Shown here piece after piece: positions 48,051 through 63,171 of a DNA stretch of 64,000 bases. This DNA comes from the human T2T-CHM13v2.0 reference genome, Homo sapiens. The stretch lies in NCBI RefSeq assembly GCF_009914755.1, contig NC_060933.1; one strand, written 5' to 3'. The position numbers and the translations under genes were made by a program. Below the pieces are notes generated by a model. It ran no database searches. It saw only the letters and a program-made list of their open reading frames with translations, and was not told where the DNA came from. How positions within the stretch are numbered: the first letter of the stretch is position 1; every line of letters starts with the position of its first letter.

Positions 48051-50816
48051 CTAATATATTCATACTAATACCCACTACCTAAAAGCGAAAATGATGTTCC
48101 CAGTCACGTGGTTCTATGTTTCCTGTTTTTTGAGGAGACAATTGGTTCTAAGCCATAAGAGGGTATGTTGTTCAAAATCCATCAAACTTGTGATCCATAT
48201 GACAACACGTAATAATAAAGAAGAAAAGCATATAACCAGATGCAACTTTAGTTTAGTTGTTGAATTCTAACCATATTTTAAACCAGATTTCTGCAGAGAG
48301 TAGAAAATATAAGGACATTTTCATAAATTCAAGAGAAATATGAGAAATGCATCTTATGTATTTTTAGATATTGCCAGGAAATGTACTTTTCAAAGCCTTA
48401 AGTAAATCCCCAATCTAATAAGAATATTTCAGTACAGAGGCTATGCACATTTTCAAGGCACGAGTCCAGAGTCCTATTGCTATGTTATTATAACTATTTT
48501 ATCTTCTGTCTATGTGTGTACATGTGTCAGATACTAAAAAAAAAAATAAAAAAAATAAAAAAAAATCCCTCAGAAAGGGAACTCAAACATTGTTATAGAC
48601 CTATTGCCCGGAGGATTTCATATTGTTAACTAATTGCACACTCCTAACTTTATTTCCCACTTTTAAATTTCTATTTCTGAAATTTAATGGATTTATTTCT
48701 AAGAGCATTTCTGAAATGATCAAAGGAAGTAGCAGACCTTGTGGAAACATTCAAATGATTGTTTCCCTCACATTCTCACAAATATGTGGGACTTTAAAGA
48801 GGAAAACCTATTCATATGGGAGAAAAAGCTGGAAAAAATCATTGTATAAATTATTCAAAGCTTTTTAGAACTTGATTAGCAGCTGAAAAATGCATAGCAA
48901 ATGTATTTTACATAAACAGTGGTTATGGTAAAAGAGGCCATAGAGATTATGAACACCATCTTCTTTTTGGTGTGGAAGGAAATAATTTCAAAATATAAAA
49001 GTAATTCTCTAATATCAAACAAAATATGTCACAAAGCTTGTAACAAATACTGTAGACTGTCAGTCCATCAGTCAATTTCAACAAAAGCTGCAGAATTCGA
49101 AGAATGAAAATAATCCTTGTTAAATGTTTAAAATTTTATAATGACAAGATGAAATCCGTGATTTTGTGTCCAAATGAACACACAATATTCACAGAATATG
49201 AAACTTACAAAATAAGTGATTAATGTTATTTTTTTTTCACTTTTGTCCCATGTGAGTATAGCAAAATGATATTAGTAAAGACAAATTGATAATATTGACA
49301 CAAATTAAAGTACTGTATCGCCAATGATAAAAATGTCATGATTTCTGATGTTGGGCTGCAAATCAAATAATCTACAAATAGAAAATTGAATCTTCTGTAT
49401 ATATTAATTGTGTTATTCCATTATTCCTTCCAGTGAAAAGTAAGTTTCTTTGACTTAAAGGCCAGTATAATCGGGGTGGGGAATTGGGTGCGGGTAAGGG
49501 TTAGTACTCAGTATATCAGAAAACATAATTAGTAATATTTTGACCAAATCATTTGGTCCTATGTAAAAAATTATGAATCATCTATCATAAGTCAAAAAAA
49601 GTAATCAAAATTTACAGTTGTTCCACTAGAATTGCAGCAGAATGCCCCATTCAAATTAAATGAAATCATTCCTTTAGAGTTAGACTTTTCCACTGACCAC
49701 ACATGCACAGGGTGACTTCAAATAAAGGAAACTCATTGTTTTTAGCCTTTATCAATAAGGCCACTTCCTGATTAAACTGAAAACAAAGCAGGCATCATAG
49801 CCTAGATATACTAATGTCTGTACTACCAAACAAGGCTCAAGTATTGACATCATTTATTAAGGCCACTATTTGGTCCAGGAAAGCACAGACAATATTGTTG
49901 TATCAATATTGTAATATTATTAGTCCAATAAGTACTAAAATGTAAACAGAGATGGTTAGAAAAGATGCTTAAAAATACACAATAAGTCATGTTTTGAGGG
50001 TTCACTTACAATCATTACAGACACAAGAATATCTCTATAAAATATGAATCTCTGTTCCAATTTCTGCTTGGTCACTGAGACATTTTGTTTCAAGCAGTAT
50101 TTCCTGTATTCTCTCTGGAACACATTGATTGCTTTCTTCCAATCTAGCACATTGGTTCTTCTTGTTTTCTTGTATTTAAATACTGAAACCTAAAACAACG
50201 GGTAGCAACTCAGTATCTATCCTCTCTTCCCCTCCCCTGCCCTGCCCTCTCTCTCTGTCTCTCTTTCTATCTCTCTCCCTCTCTGTCTATTTGTGTGTGG
50301 AGGGGGGAGTTATGTTTGTGTGTCACAAATCTAGATAATTAATCTAGTTACTAGATCAATATTGTAGTATAGGAGTTAACTTCAACGTCCTCTGGGAGTT
50401 AAACTCAAATGGCCTCTGGGTACTTAAACAACAGAGATTTTACAAATATGATATAATTTTTTTCTCCACTCTTATAAGCAAATGTAAATAATACATTTTA
50501 CTATTGGCTGGATTTTAGATAGCAAGCAAAACCACATATTAGATACTGCTGCTGTCTCTTTGTTTGGCATCACTGGAAAGATGTAAATAGAGGGATAAGG
50601 GAAGATAACTATATATGTGAAAATAAGTAACAATATATAAAAACAAATAATAATATGTTTGTCTTTTATTATAGTGAGCCGCTATTCATTATGGGTTACA
50701 TGGAAAACAGCAATTTTCTTTGTAACAAAACCCAGATGACTAGGAAAAAATGGCAAGAGTTATATAAAATTGTAAGTGTATGTGAGGGTAGGGTGAGGAA
50801 AAAGGGAGAGGCTTAA

Positions 50817-51449
<633 letters not shown>

Positions 51450-52139
51450 GTACATACCATTAAAGGAATAAAAGGAAAGGTAAACTATCTCACCATAAAC
51501 TGTGAGTTTTAATTCCGGGGTGTTTGAAAGTAAGGTGCAGGAGCACATTAATATAGAAAGTGGTTTCAGGTATTTGAAAAAATAGTGTTTCTAAAGACAA
51601 TGATGTAGAAATAATAACTTCAACAAATAACTTAGGATATTCTGTGGAATGCAATAAAATAGCCATATTATACAAAAGAGAGGAACCATTTTTCCCAGTC
51701 AAATTAGCACAGTGACTGTAATAGTCAACTTTGCATAAGGTGAACAGATTAATGGTGAGGAGGTGAAAAGATAAAAAGCAGGAAAATAAAATACATGAGC
51801 AAAAATGCAATAATCCATATATACTTATATATGCATATAAAGGATACAAAGCCCTTTTTTAAACTATTGCAAATGCTGAACAATTCTCAAAGTAAGGGAG
51901 TAAACCTCTACCAGCAAATTACTGAATCATGCTTTAGAATACCATGATTTCCTTGCGGCAACAGACTGTGCTCCAAGAAGAACATATAAAAGTCATCAAA
52001 ACAGATTTAGGAAACATACTCCTATAAATGAGTATACTGTGAGTGAAATCTAGGTAGAAAGGAGAGAACAGACTCCTTCAAGTTCTGACAAAGGCAGAGA
52101 GTGTCCACTTAGAAGAGCTGTTAAAGAAAATCCAAGGTA

Positions 52140-54512
52140 GATACAGGTAGAATAAATATGAGAAAGTAAAGAAAAAATCACAAAAAAATAGAAAATTTGC
52201 AATGAGTGAAAATTAAGGCAACTACACTAAAAGACATGGGAACTAAAGTTGTGCTGAGAGGAAAATTTGTAGTAGTGAACTTGTAGATTAAAAAGAAGAG
52301 TAGACAGAAAAATGAGCACCACTTGGCAAAATCCAACATAAAAACACTCAACAAATTAGAAATAGAAGACAACTTTCTCAACTTGAAAAATGTCATTGAT
52401 TGAAAAAAAACACAGCTAACATCTTATGGTTAAAAATTGAATGTTTCCCCTTTTAAGATCAGGAATAAGACAAAGTAGCACGTTGCCACTCAAATTAAAC
52501 AAAGTAGTGGTGGAGCTAACTAGGGAAACTTGAGAAGAAAGAGAAGTAAAAGGAATCCATATAGAAAAGAGAAGTAAAATTATCTCTATTTGTAGATGGC
52601 CATGATCTTGTATATTGAAAATCCTAAAAAATATACATATACTCACACACAAGCAAGTCATTCGAACTAGAGCTAATAATCAATTTCAACAAGGTTGCAG
52701 ATACAAAATCAATATCAATATTTTACTCTTCTTGATGCCATTGTAAATAAAGAATAAAATACTTCAGAATAAATTTAAACAAGATCTGAAATAATACTCT
52801 AAAAACTACAATACATGGTTGAAAAAAATAAGAAGGAAACATAAATGAAAAGACATAACATATTCATGGAATACTTAAAGTTGTTAATATAGCATTACTC
52901 TTCAGATTGATCTACAGACTGAATACAATCCATATCAAAATTGCACTGGCCTCTTCAGAAACACTGATAAGCTACTTCTGAAATTTATATGGAAATGCAA
53001 GGGGCATAGAATAGCCAAAACAATCCTGGAAAAGAAGAATTTATTTGGAGATCTCACACTTCTCAATTTCAAAACTTAGTTCAAGGTTACAGTAATTAAG
53101 ACTGTGCAGTACTGGCATAAGAATAGACATAAAGATGGAACTAATTTAGAGTCCAGAAATAAACCTTTCCATTTACAATCAGTTGATTTTCTAAAAAGGG
53201 TGCCAAGACAAGGTAATGAAGAAAGCCTAGTCTCTTCAACCAATGTTGCTGGCCTGCCTGGCTATCCACCTAGAAAGGATGAAGTTGGACTACTTCTGCA
53301 TACCATATACAAAATTTACTTCATAGACATTAGCACAAGAGCACAAGAAACTATAAAATTCTCAGAAGAAACTATAGTAGTAAATTTTTGTAACCTTGTG
53401 TTGGGCAAAGCCTTCCTGGATGTAAACCAATGGTACAAACAGCAAAAGAAAAATATATTAATTTAATTTATCCAAGTTTAAAAACTTCCGTACTTCAATT
53501 AATACCACCAAGAAACTAAAATAGCAATGTACAGAATGGGAGAAATATTTGCAAATTATATATCTGATAACAAACTTTTATCACAAATACATCAAACATT
53601 GAAAAGTCAATAATAAAAAGAGCACAAAACCGAGCAGATAATCTTAATAGACTGTCTCCAAAAAATATATACAAATGGCTAATAACATATGAAAAGATGT
53701 TCAATATTATTAGTCATTGAGAAACGAAAATCAAAACCAAAATGAGATGCCATTGAATTCCACACTAGGATGGTTATTATAAAAAAGATAGATAATAGTA
53801 AGTGTTGGTGGGGATGTGAAAAAATTTGAACCCACTTACTCTGTGGATGAGAATGTAAAATGGGGTAGCTACTTTGCAAAACATCTGGGCAGTTCCTCAA
53901 AATGCTAAACATAGAATTATACTTTGAGCCAGCAGTTCTACAATTACTCTCAAAATACACAAAATCCTGTGTCTAAACAAAAATTGTTCACAAATATTAA
54001 TAGTATCTTTATTCATAATCAAAAACCAGACACAATCCAAGTTTCCATAAACTGAATTGGTAAATAAAATTTGATACACTAATACATTGGAATATTATTC
54101 AGCAATAAAAATGAATTTAAAAAGTTCTGAGTCAAGCTACGGTAAGAAAGAATCTTGAAAACTTTAAGCTAAGTGCAAGAAGCCAGTCACAAAAAAGTAA
54201 ATGTTGTATAATTGTTTTTATATAAAATATGTTAATCTTTAAAATCAGAAACTGCATTAGTGGATGTCTTGAGTTGATTGGGGATAAACAGAAACTACGG
54301 TAGTGGATATCTTGGGTTGACTGGGGATTGAAGGAAGAAAATGGAAAGTGACCTAATATCTTCAGATTTCTTTTGGGCGTGATAAAAATATTTTAAGCAC
54401 AGATTTCAGAGATGCCTACACCAGTCTATGAATATATTATAAACCATTAAATTCTATTCTAAATGTGTTAATTGTATGGTATGTGGATTATATTTCAATT
54501 AATGTGTTACAT
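52140..54512 (+). mobile_element. Old L1MB-like element, ORF2 remnants with large deletions plus 3' UTR
   Basis: aagatcaggaataagacaaag, ctatttgtagatggccatgatcttgtatatt (FADD remnant), 3' end aattgtatggtatgtggattatatttcaatt. Confidence 0.85.
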
Positions 54513-54784
54513 ATTTTAAAAGAGTAGTCCTAAATTGCTACTAAAACACGTGTTCATTGTTCCCACTTGCATTAAAAAATAATTTGATTATTTTAGATGT
54601 ATGAATTAAAAGGGAAAGAAAAATCCCAAATAATATTTTTTTAGATAAATATATTGCAATGGAGAAAAATTTTAGCTGCATATTATATATAATCCCATTT
54701 TAGTGTTGGAAAGATTCTTAATAGCATGTGTTCTGTTTGAAGCATACGGTCAGATAGCCATTAATTATTCAAGTAATCAATAAA

Positions 54785-54995
54785 TAACAAGCATACACAT
54801 AGCACTTACTCTGTGCCAGGAATTCTTTAGCTACTTTTTATATATTAATTGATTTAATTGCTATAACCTTCTGTGGTGAATACCAATATTTTTCTCTTTC
54901 TATAGCTGAGGAAACTAAGGTCAAATGATTAGGAAGTTGTAAAACCACTATTTTAATTCATCAATCTAGTTCCAAAATCTATGCTGTTAACATGA
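54785..54995 (-). mobile_element. MIR
   Basis: tagcacttactctgtgccagg...tatagctgaggaaactaagg. Confidence 0.75.
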
Positions 54996-55494
54996 TACTA
55001 ACAACATTGTAGCCTTGATGTATTTAAGCAATAATCTTTAGTTTTCCTTGCCAAGGACAGTGTTAAAAAGAATGAGCAGGCAATTTCTTGGCATCAACAG
55101 AATTCATGTGTCCCTTGACTCCCAGACTGATTGTGCCTCCCATACACAAAAGAAGCTGTAGTTGCCTTCCCATTCACCACAGCAGCAGAAGTTAATCGGT
55201 GTTGATTTTGTTGTATGGACATAACACTAAATACAATAGCTATGAACTACTTTAATTATAAATAGAAGCATTTTCAGGTTAAAATGTTAAAAGGAAATGA
55301 CAAAATATTGACAGGTAACTTTTTTGTAAGAGAAAAGATAACTTCAGAAAATTAACTAATCTAGACTTGAAACAAACTGATTAATTTCATTGGCAAATTA
55401 TGAGAATAATTGTAATTTATAATGATAAGTACTTTTCTACTGTGCTCTAGGTATTTGCTTTGTGCTGCAGGATAGTATATATCATGAGCATAGC

Positions 55495-56060
55495 CAAGGT
55501 TGAAGGTTTAAGTACCATCTAGTGAGGGGACCAGTGCATGATTTGAGGTCACTGATAATAAACAACATGTACACCAGGTTCCAGTGGTACACCACTAACT
55601 GACAGCAAGAAGAGAGAGTGTGCACAAGATCCAGTCCCTTGGAATGCATCAGTCCCCCATGGCCAGCAGATCTCAGCAAAGGTGGTCAGTGTGACTACAT
55701 GGACCTCACTTTTTCTGCAGTAGAAAGACATTTCCCCCTGTGTCATGGAGTCTGAAATACAGAAAGTTGGGAGTGTGCCTAAAGGCCATAGACAAATGTA
55801 CTTAAGCAGAGTACAGAACTACTTATTAATTCCAGAAAAGGGAACAATATTCTCTCACAAACCAAGAAGCCCAACACCAGCTATAAGGGCACTTTAACTC
55901 CAAGTAAGGAATTGTTCCAGCCCCAAATCCATTCATATGAAGGCAAATGAGATCCACAGACTGCTTCTAGCCGCCTTTCTCAGCAACTACAGAGCAAAAA
56001 AATGAACAGTTCTAGCATATATTTGCACGAGCAAGAACAACACAAGAGGATTTTCCTAGC
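55495..56060 (-). mobile_element. Possible old LTR fragments
   Basis: GC-richer blocks resembling antisense ERVL LTRs. Not diagnostic. Confidence 0.3.
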
Positions 56061-56065
56061 ACTCT

Positions 56066-59000
56066 TAGATTTAAGTATTTGATTCATGTTGAGATTATTT
56101 TTGTATAAGGTAAGAGATGAGGATCCAGTTTCATTCTCCTGCCTGTGGCTTGCCAATTATCCTAGCACCATATGTTGAACAGGGTGTGCTTTCCCCACTT
56201 TATGTTTTTGTTTGCTTTGTCAAAGATCAGTTGGCTGTATTTGGCTTTATTTCTTCATTCTCTATTCTGTACCATTGTTTAATGTGCCTATTTTTATGCC
56301 AGTACCATGCTGTTTTGGTGAATATAGCCTTGCAGTATAGTGTGAAGTCAGGTTATGTGATGCCTCCAGATTTCTTCTTTTTGCTTAGTCTTGCTTTGGC
56401 TATGCAGGCTCTTTTTTTGGGGGGTGGGGGTGGGGGTTCCATGTGAATTTTAGGATGTTTCTTTCTAGCTTTGTAAAGAATGATGATGATGGGAATTGCA
56501 CTAAATTTATAGATTGTTTTTGGCAGTATATGGTCATTTTCACAATATTGATTCTACCCATCCACGAGCATGGGATGTGTTTCTATTTGTTTATGTCATC
56601 CATGATTTATTTCAGCGGTGTTTTATAGTTTTCCTTGTAGAGATCTTTCATGTATTTGGTTAGGTATATTCTTAAGTATTTTATTGTATTTTTTTCAGCT
56701 ATTGTGAAAGGGGTTAAGTTTTTGATTTAACTGTCAACTTACTCATTGTTGGTATATAACAGAGCTACTGAATTGTGTGCGTTAATTTTGTATCCTAAAA
56801 CTTTGCTGAATTTATTTCCCAGTTGTCGGAGCTTTTTGGATGAGTCTTTAGGGTTTTCTAGGTATATGATCATATTATGAGCAAAGAGCAAAAGTTTGAC
56901 TTCCTCTTTACCAATTTGGATGCCCTTGATTTCTTTCTCTCATCTGATTGCTCTGGCTAGGTCTTCCAGCACTGTGTTGAATAGAAGCATCTTTGTCTTG
57001 TTCCAGTTGTCAGGGGGAATGCTTTCAACTTTTCCCCATTCAGTATAATGTTGGCTCTGGGTTTGTCATCGATGGTTTTTATTACCTTAAGGTATGTCCC
57101 TTTTATGCTGATTTTGTTGAAGGTTTTAATCATAAAGCAATGCTAGATTTTCACAAATGTTTTTTCTTCATCTTTTGAGATTATTATGTGTATTTTGTTT
57201 TAAATTCTGTTTATGTGGTGTATCACACTTATTGACTTGTGGATATTAATCTCTGAATCCCTGGTTTGAAACCCATTTGATCATGGTTGATTATTGTTTT
57301 GATATGCTGTTGGATTCAGTTTGCTAGTATTTTGTCAAGGATCTGTGCATTTATTTTCATCAAGGATATTGGTTGTAGTTTTCTTTCTTTTCTTTTCTTT
57401 TCTTTTTTTTGTTTGTTTGTCATGTCGTTCCCTGGTTTTGGTACTGGCTTTATAGAATGATGGTGATACTGGCTTTATAGAATGATGGAGGGAGGATTCC
57501 CTCTTTTTCTATCCTGTGCAATGAATAGGATTGGTACCAATTCTTTGAATGTCTGATAGAACTTGGCTGTGAATTGGTCCGATTTAGAACTTTTTTTGTT
57601 GGCAGTTTTATAATTACCATTTCAATCTTGCCGCTTGTTGTTCGTCTGTTAAGAGTTTCTATATCTTCCTGGTTTAATCTAGGAGGGCTATACATTTCCA
57701 GGAATTTACCTATCTTCTCTAGGTTTTCCAGTTTATTCATAGTAGCCTTGAATACTCTTTTGTATTTTTGTGTTATCAGTAGCAATATCTCCCAATTCAT
57801 TTCTAATTGAGTTTATTTTGATCTTTCTCTTATTGGCTAATCTCACTAATGGTCTATCAATTTTATTTATCTTTTTAAAGAGCCAGCTTTTTGTTGGATT
57901 TATCTTTTGTGTTGCTTTTTGTTTCAATTTCATTTAGTTCCTCTGATCTTAGTTATGTCTTTTCTTCGGCTGAGTTTGGGTTTGGATTGTTCTTGTTTGT
58001 CCAGTTCCATGATGTTTGAGCTTAGATTGTTTATTTGTGCTCTTTCAGCCTTTTCGAGGTAGGCATTTAGTGCTGTGAACTTTCCTCTTAACACCACTTT
58101 TGCTGTATCCCAGAGGTTTTCATAGGTTTTGTTACTGTTATCATTCTGTTCAAATAATTTTTTAATTTCCATCTTTATTTTATTGTTGACCCAATGATCA
58201 TTCAGGAGCAGGTTATTTAATTTTCATGTATTTGCATGGTTTTGAGGATTCCTTTTGGAGTTGATTTCCAATTTTATTCCACTGTGGTCTGAGAGAGTAC
58301 TTGATATTATTTCAATTTTTTTTTTAATTTACTGAGACTTGTTTTGTATTATATGCTCTATCTTGGAGAATGCTCCATGTGTAGGTGAATAGAATGTATA
58401 TTCTGCATTTGTTGGGTAGAATGTTCTGTAAATATCTGTTGAGTCCATTTGTTGTACAACGTTTAAGTATGTTGTTTCTTTGTTGACTGTCTGTCTTGAT
58501 GCCCTGTCTAGTGCTGTCAGGGGAGTATTAAAGTCCCCCACTGTCATTGTCGTGAAGTCTGTCTCATTTCTTAGGTATAGTAGTAATTGTTTTATAAATT
58601 TGAAAGCTCCAGTGTTAGGTGAGTATATATTTAGGATTATTATATTTTCCTGTTGGTGTGTCCTTTTATCATTGTATAGTGTCCATCTTCATCTTTTGTA
58701 ACTGCTGTTGCTTCAAAGTTTGTTTTGTCTGTTATAAAAACAGCTGTTCCTGTGTGTTTTTGGTGCCCATGTGCATAGACTATATTTTTCCACCCATTTA
58801 TCTTAAGTTTATGTGAGTCCTTATGTGTCAGGTGAGTCTCCTGAAGACAGCAGATACGTGGTTGTTGATTTCTTATCCATTCTGCCATTCTGTAACTTTT
58901 AACTAGAGCATTTAGGTCATTTACATTCAACATTAGTATTGCGATGTCAGGTATTATTCAATTCATTATGCTATTTGTTGCCTGAATGCCTTTTTTCATT

Positions 59001-61092
59001 GTGTTTTTGTTACCGTTATACAGCTCCTATGATACTTATGCTTTAAGGAAGTTATATTTTGGTCATTTCAAGGATTTGGTTCAAGATTTGGAGCACCTTT
59101 TAGCAGTTTTTCTAGTGCTCACTTGGTAGTGGCAAATTCTCTCAGCATTTGTGTGTCTGGAAAAGGCTATCTTTTCTTCATTTATGAAGCTTAGTTTCCT
59201 TGGATACAAAATTCTTGGCTGATAACTGTTTTGCTTAAGGAGGCTAAAAACAGTACTCCAATCCCTTCTAGTTTGTAGGGTTTCTGCTGAGAAATTTGCT
59301 GTTACTGATAGGTTTTCCTTGTTAGCTTACCTGATGCCTTTGCCTCACAGTTCTTAAGATTCTTTCCTCAGTCTTGACTTTGGATAACCTGATGACTATG
59401 TACCTAGATAATGATCTTTTCCAGTGAATTTTGCAGGTGTTCTTCGCGCTTCTTATATTTGGGTGTCTAGATCTCTAGAAAGGCCTGGGAAGTTTTCCTC
59501 TATTATTCTCTCAAACATATTTTTCCAGACTTTGAGATTTGTATGCTTTCTTGGGAATACCAATTATTCTAGGTTCGTAAGCTTAACATAGTCCCAAACT
59601 TCTTGGAGGCTTTGCTCATTTTTTAAAATTCTTTTTTCTTGGTCTTTGATGGATTGGTTTAATTCAAAAGCATTCTCTTCATGCACTGAAGTTCTTTCTT
59701 CTGCTTATTCGATTCTGTTGCTGAGAAATGCATTTTGCATTTCTTCACATGTGTCCTTGATTTCTAGAATTTGTGATTGTTTTCTGTTTATGCCATCTAT
59801 TTCACTGAATAATTTTTCTTTTATATCCTGTATCATGTTTTTGATTCTTTTAAGTTGGAGTTCACCTTTCTCTGGTGCCTCCTTGATTAGCTTAATAATC
59901 GACCTTCTGAATTCTTTTTCTTGCAATTCAGAGATTTTATCTTGGTTTGGATCCATTCCTGGTGAGATGGTGTAATCTTTTGGGAGAGTTAAAAAAAACC
60001 TTGTTTTGTCATACTGCCAGAATTGTTTTTCTGGTATCTTCTCCTTTTGGTAGTCCATGTCAGAGGGAAGATCTGGGATTCAAGGGCTGCCATTCAGGTT
60101 CTTTTGTCCCATGGGGTGGTGTGATGTTCTCCCATTTCCCCTAAGAATGGGGCTTCCTGAGAGCCTAACTACAGTGATTGTTTTTGCTCTTCTGGGTCTG
60201 TCCACCTAGAAGAGCTACCAGGCTCCGGGCCTACTGGAGAGTGTCTGCAAAAAGTCCCATGGTGTGATCTGTCTTCAGGTCTTTCAGTCATGGATATGTG
60301 CACCTCAGGGAATTGAAGGGGACTCTGTGAGGGTCCTTGGTTGTCTTTTTGTTTAGTGTCCTTGTTTTGTGTTGGTTGGCCTCCAACCAGGAGGTGGCAC
60401 TTTCAAGAGTGCATGAACTGTGTTACCTTACTGAGGAAGTAAACTTACCCTAGGGTCACACGGTTAAGTATTCAGTTTTCTCAGAGCCATAGAGCTCCCA
60501 AAAGATTGTGTCCTTTCTCTTTGGCAATCAGGGCAGGTAGAGAAAGACCACTAAGTGGGGACAGGGATTAGGATTAGGTGTGTCTAAGGTTAAACTCTCC
60601 TTAGGCAAGGCTTGCTGGGGCTGCTGTGCGGGGTGGGGGTGTGGTTCTCAGGCCAATGGATTTATGTTTCCAGGGAGATTATGGCTCCCTTGGCTGACTC
60701 ATACAGGTCACCAAGGAAATGGGGGAAAGTGGGCAATCACAGACCTCACCCTGCTTCCATGCAGCCCTCTGTCCTGAAGGCCAGTCCCACCCCCACCATG
60801 TTCCCCCAGCAGCACTGAGTCTATTTCCAGTCAGCCAGTGACAAGAGCTAAGAACTTGTCCCCACACCACCAGCCTCCCTGATGAGAAAGCAAGCAGACT
60901 CAGTTTTCTGGCATCTCAGGGAGCATGCAGTGGTGATTCACTTTCTTCAAAGGGTCTCTGGATTCTCTCAGCTTGCCTGGTATGTTGCTGTGGTAGTTCT
61001 TGAAGCAAAAGTTCATGATATGTGTCTCCACACACTTCTCTGTCTGTCTGAGTGGGAGCTACAAGCTAGTCCTGCTTCCTGTCCACCATCTT
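56066..61092 (-). mobile_element. L1PB-like element: 5' UTR, ORF1 and most of ORF2, lacking the 3' end
   Basis: 5' terminus (rc) aagatggtggacaggaagcaggactagcttgtagctccc; ORF1 EKEFRRSIIKLIKE; ORF2 EN LNVNDLNA..CCLQETHL..VGDFNTPLT. Left end stops near the INSRWIKDLN motif. Confidence 0.92.
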
Positions 61093-61901
61093 AATGTCCC
61101 CCATATAAATTGTAAAATAGTTTTTGCTGATTCTGTGAAAAATGTTCTTGGAAGTATGATATTATAGGAATAACACTGAATCTATAAAATACTTTGGGTA
61201 GTATGACCATTTTAACAATATTGATTCTTCCTATCCATGGGCATGGAATGTATTTCCATGTTTTGGTGTTATCTCTAATTTCTTTCAGCAATATTTTGTA
61301 ATTCTCATTGTAAAGATCTATCACCTTCTTATCTAGCTGTATTTCCAAGTATTTTATTATTTCTGTGGCTATTCTGAATCGGATTGGATTTTAATGTGGC
61401 TCTCAGCTTGGACATTATCGATATATAGAAATGCTACTGATTTTTTTACATTGATTTTATATCCTGAAACCTTGCTAAAGTTATTAATCAGATGTAGGAG
61501 GCTTTGGGCAGAGACTATAAGGTTTTCCTGGTATAGAATCATATCATCTGCAAAGAGAGATAGTTTGGCTTCCTATTTGGATGCTGTTTATTTTTTTCTC
61601 TTGCCTGACGTGCTGCTGGATTTGGTTTGCTAGTATTTTGTTGAAGTATTTTTGTATCTATATTCAGCAAGAATATTGGCCTGAAGTCTTCTTTATGTTA
61701 TGTCTCTGCCAGATTTCAGTATCAAAATGAAGCTGGCCTCATAAAATGATTTAGGGAAGAGTCTCTCCTCAATTTCTGGGAAAAGTTTCAATGGGATTGG
61801 TACAAGCTCTTCATACTGGTAGAATTCTGTTTGGTAGAATACAGCTGTGAATCCATCTGTTCCAAGGCTTTCTTTTTTTTTTTTTTTCTTTTTTTAATTT
61901 A

Positions 61902-62871
61902 TGAAGGGGTGGCCTGCCCCTCCACACCTGTGGGTGTTTCTCGTCAGGTGGAACGAGAGACTTGAGAAAAGAAAGAGTCACAGAGACAAAGTATAGAGAA
62001 AGAAAAGCGGGCCCAGGGGACCAGCGCTCAGCATATGGAGGACCCGCGCTGGCACCAGTCTCTGAGTTCCCTCAGTATTTATTGATCATTATCGGGTGTT
62101 TCTCAGAGAGGGGGCTGTGGCAGGACAATAGGGTAATAGTGGAGAGAGGTTCAGCAGGAAAACATGTGAACAAATGTCTCTGCATCATAAACAAGGTAAA
62201 GAAAAAAGTGCTGTGCTTTTTATGTGCATATACATAAACATCTCAATGCCTTAAAGAGCAGTATTGCCCCCAGCATGTCTCACCTCCAGCCCTAAGGTGG
62301 TTTTCTCCTATCTCAGCAGATGGAATATACATTCGGGTTTTACCTGGAGATATTCCATTGCCCAGGGACGAGCAGGAGACAGATGCCTTCCTCTTATCTC
62401 AACTGCAAAGAGGCCTTCCTCTTTTACTAATCCTCTTCAGCACAGACCCTTTACCGGTGTCGGGCTGGGGGACGGTCAGGTCTTTCCCTTCCCAGGAGGC
62501 CATATTTTAGACTTTCACATGGGGAGAAAGCTTGGACAATACCTGGCTTTCCAGGACCGAGGTCCCTGCGGCCTTCCACCGTGTTTTGTGTCTCTGAGTA
62601 CTTGAGAGTAGGGAGTGGTGATGACTTTTAATAAGCATGCTGCCTTCAAGCATTTGTTTAACAAAGCACATCCTGCATAGCCCTAAATCCATTTAACCTT
62701 GAGTTGACACAGCACATGTCTCTGCGAGCACAGGGTTGGGGGTAAGGTTACGGATTAACAGCATCTCAAGGCAAAATAATTTTTCTTAGTACAGAACAAA
62801 ATGGAGTCTCTTATGTCTACTTCCTTCTACATAGAACGGTAACAGTCTGATCTCTCTTTATTTTCCCCACA
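61902..62871 (-). mobile_element. HERV-K(HML-2) solo LTR, LTR5A/5B type, ~970 bp
   Basis: rc begins tgtggggaaaa..gagagatcagactgttac and ends cccacaggtgtggaggggcaggccaccccttca. Flanks attta/gttta are a probable TSD. Confidence 0.93.
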
Positions 62872-63171
62872 GTTTATTTATTTATTTATTTATTTTGATG
62901 GAGTCTTGCTCTGTCACCCAGGCTAGAGTGCAGTGGTACGATCTAGGCTCACTGCAACCCCAACCCCCCGGTTCAAGCAATACTCCTGCCTCAGCCTCCC
63001 GAGTAGCTGGGATTACAGGTACCAGCCACTGTGCCCAGTGAATTTTTGTATTTTTAGTAGAGAGGGGGTTTCTCCATATTGGCCAGGCTGGTCTCAAACT
63101 CCTGATCTCGTAATCTGCCCACCTTGGCCTCCCACAGTGCTGGGGTTACAGGTGTGAGCCACCACGTCCAG
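62872..63171 (-). mobile_element. AluS whose tail is split by the LTR5 (rest of tail ~61870-61901)
   Basis: Antisense dimeric Alu with (TTTA)n tail. Confidence 0.93.
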
